DNA of 64,000 bases, taken from the NCBI GenBank assembly GCA_016713675.1, contig JADJOS010000005.1, positions 144,018 through 208,017 on the forward strand, written 5' to 3'. Both the position numbers and the translations under genes were made by a program. Under the pieces are notes generated by a model. The model was not told where the DNA came from, searched no databases, and worked only from the letters and a program-made list of their open reading frames with translations. This document shows positions 56,582-64,000 of the stretch, piece after piece (positions within the stretch are counted from its first letter, which is position 1; the number at the start of each line of letters is the position of its first letter). This stretch comes from Acidobacteriota bacterium (lineage in GTDB: Bacteria; Acidobacteriota; Blastocatellia; Pyrinomonadales; Pyrinomonadaceae).

Positions 56582-57462
56582 ATGATGTGCGGCCGCCTTT
56601 GATCGTGGATTCTCAGTATAGATCTAATGTTGTTGATTTTGACGTACTTCGAATGGACTCGCGTAAACCACTCGGATTCGAGTCGATAAGATCTCTCAAA
56701 CATCAAGTGGATGGTGTCCAGACCTGTCGAATCAGAACTGATAACGGGGCTTTGTAGTATTACATCGGCATCTTCTCCGCTTCTCCTTATCTTGTTTTCA
56801 GGATTTCTACTTCGATTAGAACTTTCCTCAACCCAAGCAGGGCCGCAATACGTCAAGTAGTTCAGAGCTGGAGTTATTTCATGTTTCCTCGGCTCCGAAC
56901 GCGGCCTTGCTCTTTATCGCTTCACTTGAGCCGCTGCGCCGGATCACTTTCACATTCCCGATATCGAATCATTATCTTCGAGTAATTTGTCCGGTCGACC
57001 TCGATCTCTTTCTGTAGCCAGCCAGCTTTCTTAAGCAAGCGCATGGCCTACATTTCCTGCTTGGTCCGTTAATTTCTGTCAGCCGTTGTCTCTTCGATGA
57101 CATCCGCAATGATCGAATAAGTCGAAGTCGTCGAACCCGTCAAACTTGTCGCCCAAATGGCTACGAGACGAGCGGTTTTCGGTCCCGTTGATGGATTTGA
57201 TCATATTCGTCGGAGCTGTCGGCTTGGTCGGTTTTATCATTTTTACTGATTGAGCGTTGAACGGGGATTTATGACGGAATTATGTAAATGACCGCCGAAT
57301 TACTCAAAAAAAGCAATTGTCGCAAGGCCCATTTTTATTGTCGCCTATGGGCTGTGGGAATGTTGCAGTACCACAAAACACTGTTGCAACCAGCCTTTTC
57401 GACTGTCGCAAATGCCGAAAAATAGACCTAAAACTCAAAAATATCGTTTTTTGTTGAGTTAT

Positions 57463-57480
57463 TTGTGGTACGTACCACAA
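57463..57480. promoter_or_regulatory. perfect 18-bp palindrome (operator-like)
   Basis: TTGTGGTAC|GTACCACAA was read directly from the sequence. An extra half-site gtaccacaa lies at 57368-57376, and a perfect TATAAT at 57561-57566 lies downstream, before the 57637 gene. Confidence 0.4.
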
Positions 57481-57636
57481 TTTGATCGATAGAGGTAAAA
57501 ATACACGATCGGTCATTTTACAGGGGGAAGATTTTTCTTCCGTTTTTCCTCTCGAAAAGCTATAATCACAAGTGCCATGTCGCTCGACATTGGTTTCCGA
57601 TCCTGCCTGCTGACGTTCCTGTCACACTTTTCGATA

Positions 57637-58005
57637 ATGAAACAATACATCCTTCCGGCGTTTGTGCTGTGCGCAGTTCTTTCGATCTTCGGCATCTCTG
57701 CCAACGGCCAAAAAAAGGCAGAGTCTAAGCAAAACGGAGCTATCACACAGGTCGCTGACTTTGCCGGCCAGGTGACCGTTGTCATCGTTAAGTCTGCCGG
57801 CAAAGCCGCCTGGGAAACGACCAAGTTCACCGCAAAGGACATTGCCAAGCCGATCATACTAGGCATCGCTAAACCGCTGCTTCTGAAAGCCGCACCAAAG
57901 CTCTCGATGTTTGCCTTAAAATTAACGGGAAACGCCCTAAAAAAGGGCATCCCATTTGCCGGCAAGCTTGGACTGGCGTATCTGAAGGCTAAGCTTCCGA
58001 TCTGA
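57637..58005 (+). CDS. small secreted Lys/Ala-rich amphipathic protein
   Basis: The ATG at 57637 gives the signal peptide MKQYILPAFVLCAVLSIFGISANG. The mature part is rich in K/A/L/P repeats (AKPIILGIAKPLLLKAAPKL...). The 3' end overlaps ppa by 17 nt in convergent orientation. Confidence 0.45.
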   Translation: MKQYILPAFVLCAVLSIFGISANGQKKAESKQNGAITQVADFAGQVTVVIVKSAGKAAWETTKFTAKDIAKPIILGIAKPLLLKAAPKLSMFALKLTGNALKKGIPFAGKLGLAYLKAKLPI

Positions 58006-58606
58006 CGAGTTCATCGTAGTCCGCGATCGAGGACTCGATCACGCGGTAGCTTTCTTCGCGGCCGTATGAATAGGCAATCTCGCAGATATTCGGTTCGTCG
58101 GGCAGTGATTTATAGGTCAGGAAATAGTGTTCGAATCGTTCGAGAATGCCTTTTGGCAATTGGCTGATCTCGGTATATTGCTCGAAGACCTTGTCGCCCT
58201 TGAGCACGGCAATTATCTTGTCATCCGCTTCGCCGCCGTCGATCAGGCAAAAACCGCCGATCGGCGTCGCCTTAAGAATAATGTCGCCGCGTGGGATGTG
58301 GTGTTCGCTTAGCACCAAGATATCAAGCGGATCGTTATCACCGTCGCTTATGGCTTTCCCGCTTTTTGATCGTGCCATATCCGCGATACGCGTTCCGCAA
58401 TACGTCCGAGGAATAAATCCGTAATTCGCTGGAACCACATTTGAATATTGCTGCGGCCGGTCGATCTTAAGGTAGCCGGTTTCCTTATCAACCTCATATT
58501 TTACCGTGTCACGCGGCACGATCTCGATGAAAACGGTGACTTCCGCCGGGGAGTTCCCGTTGATCGGAATGCCGTGCCACGGGTGCGCTTTGTTTGTTCG
58601 AAACAT
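57989..58606 (-). CDS. ppa: inorganic pyrophosphatase (family I)
   Basis: It shows HPWHG, EIP....KYE.DKE.G....DR, Y.FIP.T...DGDP.D.L and DDK..AV. Confidence 0.9.
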   Translation of the reverse strand: MFRTNKAHPWHGIPINGNSPAEVTVFIEIVPRDTVKYEVDKETGYLKIDRPQQYSNVVPANYGFIPRTYCGTRIADMARSKSGKAISDGDNDPLDILVLSEHHIPRGDIILKATPIGGFCLIDGGEADDKIIAVLKGDKVFEQYTEISQLPKGILERFEHYFLTYKSLPDEPNICEIAYSYGREESYRVIESSIADYDELVRSEA

Positions 58607-58635
58607 AACCTCTATTATTTAGTTCGCGGCAACAA

Positions 58636-59217
58636 ATGTCTAACGAACTACTCATCGAACGAAGCGGCGAGACAATGATCGTCCGATTTACAAGGCCCGA
58701 GATCCGAAACCCGTTATCTCGCAAAGTCGTCGAACGGCTGCACGAGATCGTCGAAGACGTCGCAACAAGCGATATTCGCGGACTGATCTTCACCGGCAGC
58801 GGCGATGCGTTTGCGAGTGGTGCTAACTTAAACGAGATCGCCGCACTTTCAGCCGACAAAGCGCCCGAATTCGCGCGTCTCGGCCAGTCTCTAATGCAAA
58901 AGATCGACGAATTACCGCAGCTTGTCATCGCCGCGATCAACGGCCACTGTTTCGGCGGAGCGTTAGATCTGGCATTGTCGTGCGACGTTCGCATCGCATC
59001 GCCGAATGCGAAATTCGCACATCCCGGAGCCGGTCTCGGTATCATCACGGGCTGGAGCGGAACGCAGCGTTTGCCGCGACTGATCGGTCAGGGGAACGCA
59101 CTCGAGATGTTCTTTACAGCGTCCCCGATCGATGCCGAACGTGCGTTACAGATCGGCCTTATTGGCTCGATTGCTGAAGATGTGGTCGGGGCCGCTTTAT
59201 CAATCGATGTCGGATAG
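58636..59217 (+). CDS. enoyl-CoA hydratase/isomerase family protein (short form)
   Basis: It has a crotonase fold (FTGSGDAFASGANL, AAINGHCFGGALDLALSCDVRIAS). Confidence 0.85.
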   Translation: MSNELLIERSGETMIVRFTRPEIRNPLSRKVVERLHEIVEDVATSDIRGLIFTGSGDAFASGANLNEIAALSADKAPEFARLGQSLMQKIDELPQLVIAAINGHCFGGALDLALSCDVRIASPNAKFAHPGAGLGIITGWSGTQRLPRLIGQGNALEMFFTASPIDAERALQIGLIGSIAEDVVGAALSIDVG

Positions 59218-59231
59218 CCGATAATGTCTTT

Positions 59232-59582
59232 ATGAAAATACAACTTGTAAAACTCGCCCATGCCCGCTCCGGCGATAAAGGCGATACCGCAAACGTCGGC
59301 GTGATCGCTCTCAAGGACCAGATCTATCCGATTCTCGTCCGCGAAGTGACCGCGGAAAATGTCAAACACCACTTCGGCTCTATGGTCCAAGGCAATGTCG
59401 AACGATTTGAGCTACCAAATCTCGGAGCCCTTAATTTCCTTCTGCACGGCAGCCTTGGCGGCGGCGGCACGCTCAGCCTGATGACCGATGCACAAGGAAA
59501 GACATTCTCGACCGCGTTACTTCGGATGTTTGTTGACATAAGCGACGCAGAAGCAAAGGATCTAGGCCTGTCAGTGGGCTAG
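59232..59582 (+). CDS. small protein resembling the C-terminal module of full-length AtuA-type proteins
   Basis: LAHARSGDKGDTANVGVIA...LHGSLGGGG matches what I recall of the AtuA C-terminal region. Not verified by search. Confidence 0.45.
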   Translation: MKIQLVKLAHARSGDKGDTANVGVIALKDQIYPILVREVTAENVKHHFGSMVQGNVERFELPNLGALNFLLHGSLGGGGTLSLMTDAQGKTFSTALLRMFVDISDAEAKDLGLSVG

Positions 59583-59606
59583 AATACGCATACAATTGGA
59601 GACATA

Positions 59607-61840
59607 ATGAACGCACGACTGATCTGCTATCTTTTTCTTTTTCACTTGTAACAACTACTCTTGCCCAGTCGTCGCCTTCGCCTTCGACGTTAGGTTTTAC
59701 TGGGCGATCGTCGGGTGAACAGCGGGAAAACGAGGCGAAGTTTGACTCGTTCTTAAGTGCTGAGAACCAGCGTGCTTGGATGAAACGCCTTTCCGCACGT
59801 CCGCATTATCTTGGCTCGCCTTACAATAAGGAAAATGCCGAGTTCATGGCATCGCTGTATAGATCGTGGGGCTATGAGACGCAGATCGAAGAGTTTCACG
59901 TGCTGTTTCCGACGCCGAAAACGCGTCAGGTCGAGATGACCGCACCTGAGAAATTCACGATGAAGCTCAACGAACCCGCCGTCGCTGGCGATGCCTCATC
60001 GGAGCAGCAGAGCGAACAGTTACCGACCTATAACGCATACTCGATCGACGGCGACGTAACGGCGCCCGTCGTTTATGTAAATTACGGAACGCCTGCCGAT
60101 TACGAAGAACTCGAACGCCGCGGCGTCAGTGTCAAAGGAAAGATCGTGCTTTCTCGTTACGGTGGAGCATGGCGTGGCATCAAGCCGAAGGTCGCCGCTG
60201 AGCACGGCGCCGTCGGCTGTATTATCTATTCCGATCCTCGCAACGACGGCTATTACCAAGGCGACGTTTACCCGAAAGGCGCTTGGCGAAATGAGAATGG
60301 CGTCCAACGCGGTTCGGTGATGGACATGCCGCTTTATCCCGGCGATCCGCTGACTAAAGGCATCGGCTCCACAAAAGACGCAAAGCGAATCGACATCAAG
60401 AACGCCGAAACGCTGACCAAGATCCCTGTCTTGCCTGTTTCCTACGCTGACGCTCTGCCAATTCTCAAGAATCTCGACGGCGCTGTTGTGCCTGACGCGT
60501 GGCGCGGAGCTTTGCCTGTTACATATCATTTCGGCGGTTCGACGCCGACCGTGCGGATGAAGCTCGAATTCAACTGGGACACGAAGCCGATCTACAATGT
60601 CATCGCCAAGATGAAGGGAACTGAGCTTCCCGATCAGTGGATCATTCGGGGCAATCATCACGACGCTTGGGTGAACGGTGCCGACGATCCGACCAGCGGC
60701 CAAGTCGCGATGCTCGAAGAGGCACGCGGCATTGCCGAGCTCGCAAAGACAGGTTGGAAACCTAAACGCACGATCGTTTTCTGCTCATGGGATGCTGAGG
60801 AAGAAGGATTGCTTGGCTCGACCGAATGGGTCGAGACGCACGCGGCAGAGCTTAAACAAAAGGCCGCCGTTTATATCAACACCGATTCCAACGGACGCGG
60901 ATTCCTCGGCATGGGAGGTTCGCACACGCTGGAAAAATTTATCAACGAAGTCGCCCGCGATATCTCCGATCCGCAAACTAAGATGTCGGTTTGGGAGCGT
61001 GCGAGAGCGAATCAAGTCATAAACGGTTCACCCGCCGCGCGCACCGAAGCGATGTCTCGCGGCGATCTGCGGATCGGAGCATTGGGCTCAGGCTCCGACT
61101 TTACACCGTTCCTGCAGCATCTTGGGATAGCATCGCTTAATCTCGGCTTCGGCGGCGAGGACGGTGGTGGTTCATATCATTCGATCTACGATTCGTTTGA
61201 GCACTACACTCGGTTCGGCGATCCGGGTTTTCAATACGGCATCGCTCTGTCGAAAGTCTGCGGCCACGCCGTGATCAGGCTGGCGAGTACCGAGACGCTG
61301 CCGTTTGAGTTCACGAACTTTGCGGACACCATCGGCGTCTACGTCGGCGAAGTCACACGCCTGACCGACACCATGCGCGAAGACACCAAGGTCCTCAACC
61401 AACAGATCGCGAGCGGGATGCTCAAGGCGGTGCAGGACCCGACCGAAACTTTCGTCGTCCCGAAACAGAAGGACGCCGTCCCGTTCGTCAATTTCGCTCC
61501 GCTGCAGAATGCTCTCGCTAAATTGCAGGACAGCGCGAAGAACTATCAGAAAGCCGCTGGCAAAACGCTCTCGCCCGCTGCTCAAAAAGACCTCGACCGC
61601 ATCCTGCTCAATACCGAACGCACTCTGACAAATCCAAACGGCCTGCCGCGACGCGATTGGTTCACTCACCAGATCTACGCTCCGGGATTTTACACTGGCT
61701 ATGGCGTCAAGACTCTGCCGGGCGTCCGCGAGGCAATCGAACAGCGTGACTGGAAAGAAGCAGGCGAGCAAATTCTCATCGTCTCGAAAACACTGGAGAA
61801 CTTCGCCGCAGAGATCGATAAAGCCGCAAAGCTTTTTTAA
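59607..61840 (+). CDS. M28-family peptidase, glutamate carboxypeptidase II / transferrin-receptor-like (PA domain + M28 + dimerisation domain); the signal peptide is separated by a frame break in a T5 run
   Basis: The ATG at 59607 encodes MNARLICYLFLF and then hits a stop. The frame of the main ORF is open back to about 59573 and reads SLVTTTLAQSSPSPS...EQRENEAKFDSFLSAENQRAWMKRLSARPH, but has no start codon there. One extra T in ttttt (59638-59642) joins the two. Confidence 0.85.
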
Positions 61841-61890
61841 GATTTGGAACCGCGAAAGTCCACTAAAGCCCACGAAAAATAGATCGTGCC

Positions 61891-61930
61891 TTATTTAGTG
61901 TTATTTCGTGTAATTTAGTGGTTACTTCTT
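61891..61930 (+). repeat. copy A of the three-unit ATTTCGTG-type motif, abutting the start codon of the enoyl-CoA hydratase gene
   Basis: The sequence is ttatttagtg ttatttcgtg taatttagtg gttacttctt, followed by the ATG at 61931. Confidence 0.6.
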
Positions 61931-62689
61931 ATGCCTGATGTATTAGTTACAACCGAAGGTGCGATACGCACGCTCACGCTCGATCGGCCTGATAAACGCA
62001 ATGCGTTGAATGATGCGTTGATTGCGGCGTTGAAGGATGCTTTGCGTGAGGCCGATGCGGACGAATCGCTGTGGGCGATCGTGATTCGAGGGGCGGGGAA
62101 GGATTTTTGTTCTGGGGCGGATCTTAGTGCTTTGCAGAAGATCGCGACGGCTTCGTATGAAGAGAATATTGAGGACGCTCGCGGCTTAGCTGAGTTGTTT
62201 GCGTTGATCAGGAGCGTTCGGGTGCCGGTCATTGCGGCGGTGCATGGAAGGGCTTTGGCGGGCGGGTGCGGGCTTGCTTTGGGGTGTGATCTGGTTGTTG
62301 CGGGTGAATCCGCTAGGTTTGGTTTTCCGGAAGTGAAGATCGGGTTTGTTCCGGCGATGGTGGCGGCGATATTGCGGCGGAATCTTGGGGAAAAGAAGAG
62401 CTTCGAGCTGCTCACCCAAGGCTTCGAGTTCACCGCCGCCGAAGCGTTGCAGCTCGGCCTCATCAACCGCGTCGTCCCCGACGACGAACTCGCCGCCGCC
62501 GTGATCGACTTCGCCGACGTTTACACAAAAGTCAGCGGCTCCGCCGTCGCGATGACCAAACGCCTCCTCTACGACATCGACGCCGACACCTACCAAACCG
62601 CCATCGAAAAAGGCGTCACCGTCAACGCCACCGCCCGCATGACCGACGACTGTCAGAAGGGAATTGCCAAGTTTCTTAAGAAAGATTAA
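61931..62689 (+). CDS. enoyl-CoA hydratase (methylglutaconyl-CoA hydratase-like)
   Basis: It has a crotonase fold (IRGAGKDFCSGADL, AAVHGRALAGGCGLALGCDLVVA, GFPEVKIGFVP). Confidence 0.9.
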   Translation: MPDVLVTTEGAIRTLTLDRPDKRNALNDALIAALKDALREADADESLWAIVIRGAGKDFCSGADLSALQKIATASYEENIEDARGLAELFALIRSVRVPVIAAVHGRALAGGCGLALGCDLVVAGESARFGFPEVKIGFVPAMVAAILRRNLGEKKSFELLTQGFEFTAAEALQLGLINRVVPDDELAAAVIDFADVYTKVSGSAVAMTKRLLYDIDADTYQTAIEKGVTVNATARMTDDCQKGIAKFLKKD

Positions 62690-62716
62690 CGACGAAACAG
62701 TACCAATGTGAACGCA

Positions 62717-62758
62717 GGTTTTCGTGTCATTTCGTGCAGTTTCATGGTTACGTTCTTA
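62717..62758 (+). repeat. copy B of the three-unit ATTTCGTG-type motif, immediately after the enoyl-CoA hydratase gene
   Basis: The sequence is ggttttcgtg tcatttcgtg cagtttcatg gttacgttctta. By hand count, 32 of 41 aligned positions are identical to copy A. The final tta is the complement of the AtuA-like stop codon. Confidence 0.6.
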
Positions 62759-64000
62759 CGCTGCGATGATCTCAACCTTTGGCGTGATCAGCGACTTCGG
62801 GATCAGGGCCGGGAAGTAGGCCATGATCTCTTCGACTTTGGGGCGGCCGCCGGCGAAGCCTGTGACGGAGGGCGGGCCGGTGAGGATTAGTGGGGCGATC
62901 TCTTTTGTGAAGCGTTCGACGTCGGCTTTGTTTTGGCTGCGGACGCCGATGCGGAGTTGGACTTCGGGGATGTCGCGGTCTCGTGCGGGAGAGAGAACCA
63001 CCCCGTCAGCCGAAGCGGCTGCCACCCCTCCTTCGTAAGGAGGGGAGCCTGACTCGCGGCCTGCGGTCGCAAGAGCGAGGTGGCCGTGGGTGGCGTTGAC
63101 GCCGACGTATTCGGTTAGGATGACTTCGAATTCGAGGCCTAGGTTTTTTAGGCGTTCGCGGAGGATCTTGTCGGCGGCTTGGGCTTTTTCTAGAGCATCT
63201 GGCCATGAATAGACTAATGTGCCGACGGATTTGTAGCCGCCGGTGTAGGCGATGGAGACTTTGTAGAAATCGGTCTTTGGGTGGCCGGTGATGCCGTGGA
63301 CGCGGACGCGGTTGTCGCCGGCGGGTTCGAGATTGATCGACGCGAAATCGGCGACTACGTCGGGCGTGATGTACTCGTGCGGGTCGCCCATTTCGTAGAG
63401 GAGCTGCTCTTTGACAGACTGAATGTTGACGCGGCCGCCGGTGCCTTCGTGTTTGGTGACGATGAAGGTGCCGTCGGGTGAAGCTTCGACGATCGGGAAG
63501 CCGATGTTCGCCATGTCGGGGATGTTTTGCCAATCGTACTGGCAGTTGCCGCCGCTCGATTGGGCACCGCATTCGATGATGTGGCCCGCGATCGTGCCGG
63601 CCGAGACCTTGTCCCAGTCGTCAAAGCTCCAGCCGAATTCGTGCATCAGCGGTGCGAGCGTCAGGCCCGTATCGGTCAAGCGGCCGCCGACGATGACGTT
63701 CGCGCCTTTGCCTAGAGCCTCTACCAACGCTTCGGCACCGAGATAGACGTTGGCGGACTGGACTTTGTCGCGGATCGCGGACAAAGGCGTACCGTCGTCC
63801 ATGCTGTTGATCGCGACGCCGTCGGCGATAAACTGATCGAGCCGATCGAGAACGTCATCTCCGGTGACGACGCCGATCTTTACTTTGCCTTGCAGGCCGA
63901 GCTCGCGCGCGACGTTGGCGATGGCGTTCGCACAGCCTTCAACGTTGACGCCGCCGGCGTTTGAGAGGACCTTGATATCTTTTTCGACGCAATCGGGCAA
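62756..64000 (-). CDS. AtuA-like (DUF1446) acyclic-terpene-utilisation family protein, 5' end outside the window, carrying a repeat-encoded insertion
   Basis: It shows [45 protein letters not shown] and [13 protein letters not shown]. The insertion is [20 protein letters not shown]. Confidence 0.8.
   Translation of the reverse strand: MPDCVEKDIKVLSNAGGVNVEGCANAIANVARELGLQGKVKIGVVTGDDVLDRLDQFIADGVAINSMDDGTPLSAIRDKVQSANVYLGAEALVEALGKGANVIVGGRLTDTGLTLAPLMHEFGWSFDDWDKVSAGTIAGHIIECGAQSSGGNCQYDWQNIPDMANIGFPIVEASPDGTFIVTKHEGTGGRVNIQSVKEQLLYEMGDPHEYITPDVVADFASINLEPAGDNRVRVHGITGHPKTDFYKVSIAYTGGYKSVGTLVYSWPDALEKAQAADKILRERLKNLGLEFEVILTEYVGVNATHGHLALATAGRESGSPPYEGGVAAASADGVVLSPARDRDIPEVQLRIGVRSQNKADVERFTKEIAPLILTGPPSVTGFAGGRPKVEEIMAYFPALIPKSLITPKVEIIAA
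62991..63046 (-). repeat. nested-hairpin repeat element, copy 3 (inside the AtuA-like CDS, in frame)
   Basis: On the minus strand it reads tcccctccttacgaaggaggggtggcagccgcttcggctgacggggtggttctctc. Confidence 0.85.

Overview
This is a 64-kb chromosomal segment with about 60 protein genes and no rRNA, tRNA, CRISPR array, transposase, integrase or phage gene that I could recognise. The tandem VWFA-type secreted paralogs, the TonB-ExbB-ExbD-ExbD-TPR block and the overall gene content suggest an Acidobacteria-like genome; this is inference only. Most of the window is housekeeping: der, tgt-yajC-secD-secF, rel, ridA, rpmB, an ABC-F ATPase, guaB, a rodZ-like gene, gnd, lpxC, ppa and a 5'-truncated alpha-2-macroglobulin. 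The parts worth a second look are listed below.

1. A stripped-down bacterial microcompartment locus (30265-33287). It has two BMC-H shell genes, an acylating aldehyde dehydrogenase with a C-terminal encapsulation-like helix, a zinc-ribbon membrane protein and a TM micro-ORF. No pentamer gene or signature enzyme is present, and the dehydrogenase is frame-broken in an A6 run.
2. A 56-66 nt nested-hairpin repeat in three copies. Two copies are inserted in frame, in the same orientation and phase, inside unrelated enzymes (acyl-CoA carboxyltransferase and an AtuA-like protein). The third copy is intergenic and carries a differently sequenced inner hairpin that still pairs.
3. A strictly 21-nt-phased degenerate repeat array upstream of a near-consensus promoter, at the edge of a compositionally mosaic islet of unknown genes (42156-44996).
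4. A cluster of DUF3703, a Cys-rich exported mini-protein, a TonB-dependent receptor, DsbB and DsbA (23367-27437).
5. A secreted poly-Q/Q-R-rich protein containing a (CAG)11 tract.
6. A roughly 40-nt motif of three 10-nt units that brackets an enoyl-CoA hydratase gene as direct repeats.
7. Tightly coupled EVE, ATP-grasp-like and secreted metzincin genes.

Two clear homopolymer frame breaks plus one possible case suggest assembly indels. All family assignments come from reading motifs in the supplied translations; no database search was run.
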